From Selaginella moellendorffii (Eukaryota > Plantae > Lycopodiophyta), in assembly GCF_000143415.4 (NCBI RefSeq), contig NW_003314281.1:484833-548832 (forward strand): a DNA stretch of 64,000 bases, written 5' to 3'. This document shows, in pieces, positions 1-12,120 of this stretch; the first letter of the stretch is position 1; each line of letters begins with the position of its first letter. The position numbers and the translations under genes are program-made. A model generated the notes under the pieces. The model was not told where the DNA came from. It was given only the letters and a program-made list of their open reading frames with translations, and did not search any database.

Positions 1-1
1 G

Positions 2-322
2 CGTCTTGTGTCACTCAATGGCATCGTTGAGCTGGTTGTGGAGGAAACCTGTAACTTAGTGCTGTATGCGAGGGGGATAAGGAGACTGTGGTCGAGTGAT
101 ACCTCTGGACAAGGTGGAGGCAGTGGATGCACGCTCACTCTCCAAAGGGATGGGAACTTGGTGTTCTTGGGACGTGATGGAAAAGGCTTCTGGGCGACGA
201 ACGTCTACTGCCAGCCGCAACCGAATTCTATCCTCTCAACTCGTTTGGTGGTCGAGGATGACGGGCATTTGTCTCTGTACCAAGAAGCGGCACCAATGCG
301 TTTGCTGTGGCGACGACCATAG
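2..322 (+). CDS. 3' part of a bulb-type (GNA/B-type) mannose-binding lectin domain protein, truncated by the window edge
   Basis: Translation shows B-lectin repeats: CNLVLY...LWSSDT, CTLTLQRDGNLV...FWATN, LVVEDDGHLSLY...LW. The frame is open from base 2 and stops at TAG 320-322, with no kinase or other domain following. Confidence 0.8.
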   Translation, partial: RLVSLNGIVELVVEETCNLVLYARGIRRLWSSDTSGQGGGSGCTLTLQRDGNLVFLGRDGKGFWATNVYCQPQPNSILSTRLVVEDDGHLSLYQEAAPMRLLWRRP

Positions 323-515
323 CTTTTTACTGCGAGAAAGAAAGTTAACCACAAGAGCACAAGAACGAAAGTAGTGGCTTACTTGATCACTGCCACCAAC
401 ATGAGAAAGACATTTTGAAGTCGTCAATAGCAGCTCACGGTCACCACACGCGTAGGCTAAGCTGGACCCACGCAAGAGCCCTCCTCAAATCCCCAGAACT
501 CCTCGAACAGTAAAC

Positions 516-2972
516 ATGGATTCGAGGAACAGCAGAAAGCTTCAAAGGGCCGGTGCCCCCAAGACTACCGTTCACTTTGCGGACGAGGTAAGCATTCAAG
601 TTCCTTCTTCCGGCTCTGCTCTCGCTTCTCCACCGTCTCCACCTTCAAGCACTAGAACCCCCAGTACCAGTGAGTTGTGGTCGGTTTTTTCTCCACATCC
701 GGAAGTCGAGCAGCAGCCTTCCACTCCCGAGCCTTCAGCTCCAGTGAAAAGGAATAATTCCCGATCACCAGAGCAGCGTCTCACTCTGATAGCTTTCAGG
801 CTCGCAGTTCTTGAAAAGTTCGCCACTGGCCTCGGGAAACTGGCCTTCGTCTGGGCAACTGTTGTTCTCCTCGGTGGATTCGTGAGCAACATTCCGGCCA
901 AAGACTTTTGGACGATATCGGCCTTGCTGCTGACTGAAGGAACGCGGGTTTTCAGTCGAAGTAGCGAGTTGGAATGGCAGCAGGCAAATTACAGCTTGGG
1001 AATTCTCGGCTTCAGCACGTTCGTGTTCGACAAGAGCGCCAGATTAAGGCAGACGTTCTCTGCAGCCTTCGACCATGACCACCCTGAACAGAACGTTAGC
1101 AGAGATCGACTTTCCAAAAATCCAGTAAAGAAAGATTTATACCAGGGATTCGGTGCCCGAAGAACTTGGTCCGTGGGAAGCGTCCCGGTCCTGCCGTATG
1201 TAAAGTTCCTCCCCACCAGGATCATCAGCCTTTTCATGTACTTCCTCCAGCTTGCTTCTGCAACAGTCACCGTATGTTTCTCAGTATATCGACTTGCCGA
1301 GCACGGCTCCAATTCCCAAGGACAAAACACTGAGCAAGCACTTACGGTGTTTTACGCGATGATGCTGGCAGAAGCGTCGCTATTCCTCCTGGAGAGAGCG
1401 TATTGGGAATTCAAGCTTCGTTACCAGAGGTTGCTGGAAGTAGTCACTCGAAAGTGTGAGCTTGATCAAGACGACATTGAAACCATGAAGCAGTACTGGT
1501 ACACATTGTACTCACGATCGCTGAACGGAAGCGTGTTTGATGGCCTGGGAATGGACCTTATCGATTTCACCGTCGAGAAGCTGCAGTCAAGCATAAGGGA
1601 AGAGCAGCTCGGTAGCGTCAACATACTGTCGGCTCTCGTCTCAAAAGGAGTTTCAAGGGAAGAAACGCGACGGAGGATTGGTACCACGCCCGGAGTTGTG
1701 GAGAGACTCTTAGAGATGATCACCTGGAAGGATCTTAGTGAGGCCGAAATCAGGAAAGCTGCAACGATAGTAATCAAGTACCTGCTTCGTCACCGCAGTA
1801 ACTGCTTCAGGATTTCCGCTATCCCTGGATCCCTGGAAGCCATCACTTCTCTTTTAACTGCAGGAGAGAAGAAAGTGCAAGAAGAACAGAGGTACGGACT
1901 CGCTATCCTCAACAGGCTAGCCGTGGACCACAGGACATGCGTGCGAATCGGTAACACCAGCGGACTTATCTCCATCCTGGTTGCGTTTCTCCAAGACGAA
2001 GACTGGAACTTCCTCGAAGTACGAACGTCGAGAAAAGTATTCCGTCGATCACTCGAGCTTTTGAGGACATTGGCTGGCGCGGGAGGAGATTCTGGACGGT
2101 CTCTGCGAAAGAAGATAGTGTCGGTAGTGTCAGCAGTAAGAAGTCTTCAAAGGATATGCAATCTCGAAGATTTGGAGCTACAAGACCTGGCAGTAGACGT
2201 GATCAAGCTGCTAGCAACCGAGGACGAGCTTAGAGATTGCATTGGTGCGACTGGAGGAGTTATCCAAAGCTTGATGGCCATATTTACGAGAGAAACCGCA
2301 CCGAACAGCCACCAGTTGAGCATCGCCATGAGAGCCGGGGAAGCCATATTTTTGCTCGTCCTCCAGTGTCCCAACAATTGCTCGAGGCTCCTCAGGCGCA
2401 AAAGCTACGGACAAGGTGGCGTTAGCAAGACCCTCAAGAGCTTGATCAACATGCTCACCAAGCCAATTGGAGTCCATGCAGCCACAATATTGCGAAGCTT
2501 GTGCGGTGACCTTAACGACGAAGAAAAGTTGGAGCTTGGAGCAGCCATATCTCGCATCATCCAGATGGTGCTGGAATCCACGGACAAGGAACAGCAGGCA
2601 GCCATCGGTTTGGCAGCAGCCATAATCCCCTGGCTCGACACACGTAACTTTGAACAAGGCGTGCTATCGCAACAATCACGGCTTTGCGAAAAAATCACAG
2701 AGCTTCTATCCCACACAGCACCTTCTAGGAGCTTGAATCGTATCCGGCGATATAGCGTAGAGCTTCTGAACAGCTTGATGGCAAAGGACGCCAGGTTCTT
2801 GCGACGTTTTAGAGAAGACGGTGAAGTGGAGGCGTCCCTGGAAGCAATGTCAGCGACTGCCTCAGACGAAGAAAACTTCTTAACGTTTTCGGGTTTTGTG
2901 GGACTTACCAAGCATTCCAGAAGCCTCGAGGAGCTCGTCAACAGCGCCCTATTGAACTTACATAGGCTGTAG
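516..2972 (+). CDS. Intronless membrane-anchored ARM-repeat protein (4 predicted N-terminal TM helices + ARM solenoid), At5g18980/At3g06210-like family; copy 1, 818 aa
   Basis: Single long ORF. Family motifs PEQRLTLIAFRLAVLEKFATGLGKLAFVWATVVLLGGF, DFW...TEGTRVFSRSSELEWQ, ERAYWE and ENFLTFSGFVGL, with helical ARM-like repeats (IGTTPGVVERL, ISAIPGSLEAI, IGATGGVIQSL). Confidence 0.85.
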   Translation: MDSRNSRKLQRAGAPKTTVHFADEVSIQVPSSGSALASPPSPPSSTRTPSTSELWSVFSPHPEVEQQPSTPEPSAPVKRNNSRSPEQRLTLIAFRLAVLEKFATGLGKLAFVWATVVLLGGFVSNIPAKDFWTISALLLTEGTRVFSRSSELEWQQANYSLGILGFSTFVFDKSARLRQTFSAAFDHDHPEQNVSRDRLSKNPVKKDLYQGFGARRTWSVGSVPVLPYVKFLPTRIISLFMYFLQLASATVTVCFSVYRLAEHGSNSQGQNTEQALTVFYAMMLAEASLFLLERAYWEFKLRYQRLLEVVTRKCELDQDDIETMKQYWYTLYSRSLNGSVFDGLGMDLIDFTVEKLQSSIREEQLGSVNILSALVSKGVSREETRRRIGTTPGVVERLLEMITWKDLSEAEIRKAATIVIKYLLRHRSNCFRISAIPGSLEAITSLLTAGEKKVQEEQRYGLAILNRLAVDHRTCVRIGNTSGLISILVAFLQDEDWNFLEVRTSRKVFRRSLELLRTLAGAGGDSGRSLRKKIVSVVSAVRSLQRICNLEDLELQDLAVDVIKLLATEDELRDCIGATGGVIQSLMAIFTRETAPNSHQLSIAMRAGEAIFLLVLQCPNNCSRLLRRKSYGQGGVSKTLKSLINMLTKPIGVHAATILRSLCGDLNDEEKLELGAAISRIIQMVLESTDKEQQAAIGLAAAIIPWLDTRNFEQGVLSQQSRLCEKITELLSHTAPSRSLNRIRRYSVELLNSLMAKDARFLRRFREDGEVEASLEAMSATASDEENFLTFSGFVGLTKHSRSLEELVNSALLNLHRL

Positions 2973-3424
2973 CTTCACCTTTTCCAAAAAAAAAAAACCA
3001 AAAATCATACCTCGATTGTAAAAATACAAATTCAGTTTCAGCAACTTGCTCACGTAAACTCTAAAAAAGAAAGAAAAAAATCAATCAACATCCAAAGAAG
3101 AAGAGGCTTACTTCATAGGAGATCTGAACTCGCAGCAACTTCGCTTACGCAATTGTAATTCACTAACAGAACTCTAAATAAGAAAGAAAACATTAATCAA
3201 CATGCAAAAATAAAGCTTCCTTCACTTCATAGAAGATCTCCTTTCTGAAATTGTGGTCACCACTCCACGCTGTTTTGAAACTTTCCAAGCATAGTGTTCG
3301 TACTTTTCCGTTGTCACGGAAGTTAGATTATTAAAATCAGAACCACGAAGAGGTGAAATAACAATAAGTTTCAGGAGCAGCAAAACCTTTCAAAGGATAT
3401 CATCCACCGCTCGAATTTGTCACC

Positions 3425-3779
3425 GACATCAAGAAGAAAGACTTCTGGAACATTTCCATCTTGCTGTTGACTGAGGTAACCCGAGTTCTTGGCGGAATTA
3501 GCGAGCTGGACTGGCAGGAGGCAAATTACATGAATACTCTCAACATCCGCTCGCTCGTGTTCGACAGAAAGCAGGCGGCTTTCGACCATAATCAGCACCC
3601 TGCACAGAATTCTAACAGTGTTACAGTTCAATTAAGAAAGATTTATACCAGGGAGTTGACGCCATGGTCTGTGGGAGTCATCCCGTTCGTAAATTTTCTT
3701 CCGACCAGGATCATCAGCCTCATTTTGTACATCCTTCAACTACTAGTCAGTGTCCCGAGGCACAAAAGGAGCTCCTCGA
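3425..3779 (+). pseudogene. Diverged fragment of the 4TM-ARM gene (relic 1)
   Basis: KKDFWNISILLLTEVTRVLGGISELDWQEANY...WSVGVIPFVNFLPTRIISLILYILQL aligns to the TM2-TM3 region of the 516-2972 protein. It has no N-terminus and ends abruptly. Confidence 0.75.
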
Positions 3780-3789
3780 ATGATCTTAC

Positions 3790-4331
3790 GTTGGTGTCAC
3801 TGAGCTCCAAGTTGTAGAAGACCATCGAATCTCGATCACCGAAGAGAGGACTAGCGTGCCAAGTTCCTTCGTTTAACTTGATGAAGCGAGGACCATCTAT
3901 CTTGAAAACCTGGACGCTTGCATGAGAGGGAGGTAAATAGTAGTGGCCACCAGCGTTGATCGAACAGCGCCCTCGTGTTGCGATGAAGGATCCACAATGC
4001 TGGGAAGAGAGACCGCCATGTACCAAGGATGAGCTCCCACTGATCCCAGACACTGCGTCACCCTGGCGTGATGCGTTATCCTTTTGAATCGCAGCCCCGT
4101 TTTCTTGAGCTCCATGAGGTAGAATCTGCGCAAAGGAACCATCACTCACCCAATCACTACTGAGCCGCTGGAAATTTCGGCCACATTTTGCCTGTACTAC
4201 CTGGGAATCCCATTCGCGAGATTGAGCTGCGCCTCTCCCGATCCATACTCGCATCCGTCGCCGATCTTTCCCAGGAGCTGGCCAAAAGGCCGGAAATTCT
4301 CCTCCGTGATCGGCACTGCTCGCAGCCCCAT
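3790..4331 (-). pseudogene. Ureidoglycolate lyase/hydrolase-like (AllA/Dal3 cupin; At2g35810-like) pseudogene, copy 1
   Basis: Exon 1 MGLRAVPITEENFRPFGQ...NGIPR and exon 2 FYLMELKK...ITHHARVTQCLGS...GTWHASPLF...FYNLELSDTN. It has a 1-nt deletion frameshift near 3957 (gttgat vs gttggat in the other copies), WHAGP changed to WHASP, and the last exon is missing. Confidence 0.8.
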
Positions 4332-4384
4332 CGAAGAACCCTAGCCCTGGCAATATCGCCCAGCGCAGGAATCGAACCCAGCAT

Positions 4385-4434
4385 AGTCAAACCATTCAAC
4401 GGTCCATTGGTCAACGATAGTCAATTGTGGTCAA
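4385..4434 (-). promoter_or_regulatory. Cluster of four W-boxes (TTGACY) upstream of the ureidoglycolate-lyase-like gene, copy 1
   Basis: RGTCAA on the + strand at 4385, 4409, 4419 and 4429, about 55-105 bp upstream of the ATG at 4331. Confidence 0.5.
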
Positions 4435-6747
4435 CAGTGTCCAAACGACATCTATCCGCTACGGGCACTGAAACTTAAAGCGTAGAAAGGATATAAGCTA
4501 TTGTAGCAGCGAATTTATGGCCAGAGAGACTTAAGGGGACAGCAACATTCTTAGAGTTTTCTCATTTTCTTCACTTTGTTCTTGGTTGTGGGCTATTTAA
4601 TCTTTGGACTGGCAATGCAGATGCCACGGTACGAGTTTAAGATGCCATCACAAGGCATTTACTATCATTGTGAAGTGCATGAAGGAACTTACAGCAATAT
4701 CTCAACATCCCCGTAAGCTCTCCTATAGCGGCAGTCTCTTTAAAACTGTGACACCCAAATCACATTTAGGGATGACAATGCAGGTCTCAAATTTGCACCT
4801 TGCAAAGCCTTGCAAAGGCATGTTTACCTTGCATTTGAAGACTAATTTTTAATTTGCCTTGCTACTTGAAAGAAATGTTCAATTTTCACTTTGCACTAAT
4901 GAAGTATAGAAATATTTTAGTGGTGCCATTTGCAGGGCAAAGAAAATTCGTACATTGCAGTATAGATAATATTCTATTGAATATTATTAAGAATATTGTA
5001 AGAATATCTTGGTGTCTAACCACTTGAATTCAATGAAGTTGACAGCAATAACATGGGATTGAAGCATTCTTTGCTATTGTGTATGGGAGGGAGAAAAGAA
5101 AGATAAATCAGCAAAATATTGCAAGGCAAGAGCTTCATGATTTTCTTTTTGGTGAAAAACTTAAAATCAGATTAGAGGATGAAGATCTTTCAACAACAAA
5201 AGAAAAAACTAATACTTCAACCAATAAAAAAAGGAAAAATAATAGAGCATTCAAAATTGAGTAGAAACTTAGTTTTCCTTAGGTGTATCTTATAGTGGAT
5301 GTTGAAGGCAAGCAAAAAATAAAATGTACGACATATGTATATGCTAAAAAGATAATCCTTTTAGTACAGATGGTTCTTTGACTCTTCAAAAACTAATTTT
5401 AAAAAAGCATAACAATTCTAAATAACATCAACTAGTTATGGTTATTTGGAAAGCAAAGAAAAAGAAAGGGTTATTTATCCCTAAATATGTTATTGCTCAA
5501 GAAGATCAATACAAGAACAGATTGATTTTCTTAATGCAATATATATACTACATTGTGAAAAAGGGATTACCTTTAGAAAGCTATAAATCTTTGTGTGAAT
5601 TCAGCAGGTTTATGGGAATGCCCTATATGCTAATCACCATAGAGTATAGGACTTGTGTAAATGTTATGAGTGAGAAAAAGTTTTTAAAATGCATAAAAGA
5701 TGTGTGATGGAAAGATGTTTGCCACAAGCTAGTCCTTAATTTTTTATTATAGTGGATAACAATACTGATAGAAGTTTGAAAGCTCATTTTATCATATACA
5801 TCTCTTTCCATATGCAAGAAGAAAAAAAAACTCTAAATAAAACTTTTTTTTTTAAATTGATAGTAACTAAAGGTTATAAGTAAATATGAGGCCATCAAAA
5901 GGTTTTGGAAGAAATGAACTTTAAAAAGGGAAAATGTGTTGCTATTAGAACTGATAGAGCTTTTATTATGGTTGGAGAACAATTTAGTCTAGTGACAAGA
6001 TTGAAACATAACATTTTACACTTGCTTGGAGTGCATTACTTAGCACATAGATAAAGTTTAGTGGCTATTGAAGTTGTGCATACATTTCTTAAGTTTGTGG
6101 TTGTTCAAAAGTTGTGCAATCAAATTTATAAATAGTTGCATACTTTTAGAAAAAGAGTCATAGCTTTTAAGCCTCTAGAAGATTCTATGAATATATTTGC
6201 ATTTGGTATGCTTCAAATCCATGGTGTACATTGGTTATCTCATGGGGGAAGTCTTAAAGAGAATGAACATTATAATACCAAGTCTTCTTATAGAATTTCA
6301 ATTCTCTTCTATGAAGATATATCAATTTTTGATAAATTACACAATGCAATTTGCTATTTATATACTATCTAATATACTTCTAAAATCGAATAGTCTGAAC
6401 AAAATCTTTCAAAGCTGAAATTGTGGATATTGCTAACATTGCTAGGTATTTAAATGGTACTTTGAAAAGTATCAGAAGAAAATTTCTAAAAGAGACTCTT
6501 GGTGTGAAACACTTAATTTTGTAGAGGCTACTAAAGATGAATTTATCAAATTTATAGATGCTGAAGGGGAATAACATAAACATGCCTTACATTATACTCC
6601 TATTCGAGAGAGCAAAAGAGATGGAAGCTTGAGCTCTTGCTTAGATTTAAACAAGGAGAGTGTTTAGAAACTATACATTGATATGCTGGCCAAAATGAAA
6701 AAAGATATAGGCATGTTCAATGCTACAAAATTGTTCAGCCCAAAGAA

Positions 6748-9700
6748 TCTATCATAATAAGGTGGGAGTGCCGAACATTCTGGGCCGCCGGATCCAGCCA
6801 ATTGCAACCGTCCAATGGGGGGTAATTGTAAAGGGGTTATTTCTTTAACCACTTCTTAGCGAATAATCATGCTAATGTTTGCTCTCGGCCAATGGGAGGC
6901 AGCCAAGCTGCGTGGGGCGAGAGAAGAAAGCATTGTGATATGTGGCACATGCAAAGTGTTGACTGGATTGTGTCTTTCCTAAAATTAGAGAGCAATGCAC
7001 TCAAGTAAATGGTTAGTGAAGCTGCGGCTCCCAAACCTCCCAGGCAGAGATCTCCCACCCAAAGATCTCCCTCAATCGCCACAGCAATCTTCACGGGAAC
7101 AGGCGCCAGCAGTAGATCTGGAGCTTAATGGGATGCCTTTCTACAATCTCGCCACTGTTGCTCCCTGCATGGAAGATCTCTACCACTGCTTTAGGGAAAG
7201 GGCATAGCCCTAAAGGAGAGTGAGTAAATGGCCAGTGAAGCTGCAACTCCCAATCCCCGCGGGAATAGGCGCTAGCAGCAGATCTGGAGTGCAGGCTCTA
7301 GATCCACCATAGGATGTGAGCCCCTAGCGCCTCCACTAGTGACGACAGAGGTGAGCACTGGAAAGGAACTGGAAGATGCCACTTAACATCTCATACATTT
7401 TTCTTCTTTGTAATCCATGTATTGATGATATATTGATCGGGCAATTACAGCAATTACATATGGGCATGAAACTTACATTTCAAACATGAGGTTGACGGTT
7501 ACCATTAAACACGTTTATAAATCTTTTGACTAAGAACAAATATAGTTTATTAGGTTTTGAATTTATAGTTTGTGTTTAACATGTATATTATTTATTTTTT
7601 GTAATTCTTTTCTTAATTTTACTTGGGTCTGTGTAGTAGTATTAGTGTTCTTAATATTTTTGAGTTTAAGGGTATATATAATTTTTGATTTCTAGGTTAG
7701 ACTTTAATTTTTCAATAGTGCTGTTTTTTTTAATTGAGCAATCCTCTATGGGATCTGAGTAATATATTAATGTTCTTAAAATTTTAGTTATATATTTATT
7801 CATATTCCAAGTAAGCACATAATAATTAAATAATGATTCCATAAATTAATAATAGTTAATCTTAGTAATTCTTCTTTACATTTATTTTAGTCTGGGTAGT
7901 AATATATTAGTTTTTTTACCATTTCAGGATTCTAAATTTGTTTGACCCCAAGTAAAAACATACTTTACATGTAACATCTAATTAAGAAAACTATTTTTTA
8001 GTAATTCTTAATTTACTTTTTTTGACTAAATATATTTATAATCTAATAAATATAAAAGAATTATTCTTAACAATTTTTGTTTTTACTTAAGTTTCATAAA
8101 ATTTTAATATTTTAAATATATTCATATTTCCAAGTAGTACTTTGCATATATTATATTTATTACTAATATTTACTTACTAATTTTTCTTTTCTCACTTTAG
8201 GGATATATTAGTATTCTAAATATATGGTCTATGTTATATAGTATTGTGTGTGTATATAGAGATATCAAAAGGAAAAAACGGTATAAAATTATTGATTTTT
8301 ATACTCACTTAGCATTTGCTAGGCAACATATCACATGCAAAGTGTTAACCGGTATTAACATTCAACCTTTTGTAATGAAGACCCTTTGAAATTGAGAAGG
8401 TAAGTTCTAAAGTTTAGTGGAGAGTGTTTACTGTGATAGCAAACCTGACTATTGGTGCCTTTAAATTGTGATTCAAGCTTAATATGTGAATTTCTTTCCC
8501 TTAATTTAGGGTTTTGTGAGCTTTGGCATGTGCTCTTGCCAATCCCTAGCAATGGCACCTCACATTCATCTCAAATGTGCAAATTCCTACATGACACCCT
8601 TTTTTTCTCACTATAGCTACTGGTTTGCTACCTATTTTGGGAATTGAGATGAGCTATGATGCCATTGGAGTTGCTGTTGTAACTTGATTTTCTTATAGTG
8701 AGATTGCATTTTCTCAAACTTCTTATCAAGTCACTAGCGATGGAAAGATTTTAGGAGAGTCACTAAGATTGTAGATACTTTTTTTCTCTCTTCTTCATTT
8801 TTATTTTGTCTTGTTTTGTTTCTTTGGATTCAAGGCAAAGTTGCTTTGACAGTATGGTGGTCTGATGCCTCTAGCAACATGTCTAAACCACAAGCTTGCA
8901 GCAGTAGCTGTGGCAATTGATCCTTAGCTTAAATTTATGCTTGGATGGTGACATTCTTTGTGATCTTTCTATTGGGAGGATTATGTTGGGCACCATATTG
9001 AAGAATTGCTTGGCATGTAGTTTCTCAACCACTGGCATCAGAGGAGCAGCTTACATTCTTCTTATTGTGGCAGATTCACATGGCCACCAAAATGGTAAGA
9101 TTTTTACTTTCTTTATAATTCATAGGTGCAAAGATTGGGACATTAGGTCTTGAGTGCTGACCAAACTTTGACAGTAGGTTCTATCTCTTGTTAGGAAGTG
9201 TGGTATCAAAAGATTTTATGTTATTCAGATGGCAATGTATAGTGCTCTTGCTAATTTAACCAATGACAAGTTGTACCCATGATAAATGATGTATATCTTT
9301 GGTGGCATCACCAGATCAAAATCCAAAACTGCCAGAGATTTGAATTCTGTTTAACAGGTTGAGTGAATATTTATTTTTAAGTGAACAGCTTTATTTTTAA
9401 TGCTTTACTAATAAATTAATCAACTTTACCTAAACTTATTTTTTTATAAATTATTATAATATTTGAATATTTTATGTCACAATTAACTTTTATAATTTAA
9501 TTTAACAGAATTTGTAAATATAATAAGAAAACTATATTCTAGGATAATCTTATTTCATAAATATTAAACTAGAATATATTAGATGGCCTATTTAAATATC
9601 ACTATAATATATGAAACCCAACACCAAGTGATGGTATATCAAATGTGGGTTGACTTAATTTTATAAATGTGTAGGATCATGATCAAAATTTCAAGTGTTA

Positions 9701-10430
9701 ATATAAGAAAATTAAACAATTTCAACATATTATATTTTTATATGTAGCCTTAGTTATTTAAAATCTAACTCATTATCAGAAAAAGCTAAGATAATGTATA
9801 CAGTATTTGATTAAACAGTAATATTTAAAATTATTTTTTCTAACTGTAAGTATAGTTTATTAGTACATAATACTATGGAATTACAGTTTCTATAGCATAT
9901 ATATTTAAAAAATATTTTTTTAGTAATTATTTTCATGACTGGATCTGGGTAGTAATATATTAATGTAAACTTATTGTTTTATATTCTAAGTAAAAACCAC
10001 AATTAAGTAATGTCTTGCTAATAAAAATGAGTAATAATTATTCTTAGTAATTATTCTCTTCTGTTTGATAAAATCTTAAAATAAGTTTATCCCAACTAAA
10101 TATATAATTTACATATAACATATTATTAATAATAGAAATTTCATTTTTACTTTTTCTAGGTTGGGTATTTTTCCAAATATATTCATATTTCCAAATAATA
10201 ATTTGTATATATTATTTTTGTTTATGGATATTTATTCTTACTTATGCCTAGGAATATCTTTTGTTCTAAATATTTATATTATCAAGTTTACAAGATTTGA
10301 TTATTGTATTCACCCAATTCTTCTTTCAAAGTGGAACACAATATTTGTTTTCTTATACTATTCCAATTTAATTTTTAATATAAAAAATAATATTTTGCTA
10401 ACTGGGCAGCATATGTTAAGCAAGTGCTAG
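6748..10430 (+). mobile_element. Non-autonomous Helitron inserted in the hAT transposase
   Basis: Absent from hAT copy 2 (compare ~37561-37580). It starts with TC (TCTATCAT), ends with CTAG (caagtgCTAG), sits between A and T (caaagaa|ttactcaaatga) with no TSD, and has an imperfect subterminal hairpin ttgctaac...gttaagcaa at ~10395-10423. No Rep/helicase ORF is seen. Confidence 0.8.
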
Positions 10431-12120
10431 TTACTCAAATGATGAGGAAAAATTAGATAACAACTTTGTAACTATTATGCAAAGTAATTTGTTAACAAAA
10501 AATGGGCTAGTGGCTTGGCAGATATACAGAAATGATATTTCCATGATAGATATATATTCTAATTTAATGGAACTATGGAAAATTATTTCTTTGATACTTA
10601 TGAGCACTACTTGTGTTGAATATAAATCGTGGGATCAGTATTTGACAAACATTCTTCCACTTGTCTGAGCTGAGTTTGCCGAACACTTAGCTCGCGTACA
10701 AGTGGGACAACAATGGCACTACAACTCCTATCATTGTCCACCTGTGAAGTACAAAGTAGATGATTTGGTGTTAGTCCATTTTCCCCATCTTATGGTACAT
10801 GGTTTATCTAAGGGGCTCCTTGCATAGTGGAAAGGACTGTATCGGGTGTTGCAGCAAGTTGGACCACAAGTTTATAAGGTTGGACATGACATCCAACAAG
10901 CCAATCCTCCCGAGATTTTGCATGTACAGTGGTTGAAATGCTTCATACAAAGGGATCAGGAACAGTTAATACCACTTACAGATCTGCCGATGCCTCTTCC
11001 TGAGGTTCCTCCAGATCCCGGCCCATCTACAAGAGAACCCTAATGGTCTTCCATTATTCCGAAAGGAGGGGATGATGTGAGGGCCAAATGTATGGATACG
11101 ATACCGTATACTAATATTAGCGTAGTGGGATTTTGGTAGTGTAAGCGACTAAGTTTTCCATTCTACTTTAGTCACTTAACCACACCTCCGACCACTTGGA
11201 GGAGTCTCACTCACAACCTCCATAAGTCCTATTTTGGATTTGGGCTTTCTAGCCCCGAGAATGGCATCCTCGCCATTCAACCTTTGCACTTCGTCCAAGT
11301 GCTCCATATGTCCGATCCCATGACCGACACCCAAAGTACCACCAACATACTAGCCCGTTATGCTAGGCCATGCCCATTCACCTTGGTCACATCGGTGGTC
11401 CAACACCACATGCATTGCAACCCCGTCTCTCCAAGACCAGGCCTTCCCTCCATGGGTGGTCATCCTAGATCCACTCCTTAGCATCCTTAGGATGCCCGCA
11501 GACATGGGGAATAACCTTCCCCAACATCCCTTTGTCAGTTTCTACCAAGTCCCTTTTTCCGTCCATAGCCATGTTCGCCAACACTGCCACTAGATCAAGG
11601 CCTGCAGGCCCAGCCACTAAGTCCCATTGTCCTTTGGGACTTTCTCACCATGTGACCATATCCGTAGTCACTACACTAGAGGACTGCTCCTCCTCCTTTC
11701 CCGCATTTGGGATTTCGGGACAACATTTCAGAACACCGTGGCCCTACGCGAGCTTCGTGTGTACTCTCCCCACCCTCCGCCTTTAAGTGCTCTAGCCATG
11801 GGCTTAGAATGAAGTTTCGTTGAGCCACACCAGGTATCCAAGTAGGTAGTGCCACCCACACTTGGACTGGGAGCATCGGCCAGTCGATTGTGAGACACAA
11901 AATCCCTAGGCCCCAAAGTGGAGCCGGAAGGGCACCACATGGTAGTGGCCGAAGCGAGAGCCAAACGAGTGTAACACGTTTGGACCAAAAGCTCCGACTT
12001 GAAAAGTCAAGAGCGGGAGTGGAACTCCCAACGAAGTGCTCGAGGAACGAGCACGAAGCGAGCAAAAGGCAAGGCTCCAAAAAGGGACCCAAAAGGACCA
12101 ACACATGACACGTGGGAGTG

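Noticed and set aside
596-2941. Antisense ORFs over the ARM genes, also at 31.6-33.8 and 45.5-47.9 kb
   Set aside because: Shadow frames of the coding strand; their recurrence only reflects the duplication.
3736-4353. 205-aa ORF as a single-exon gene
   Set aside because: It only enters the true ureidoglycolate-lyase-like frame after the pseudogene frameshift. The real gene is spliced, as copy 3 shows.
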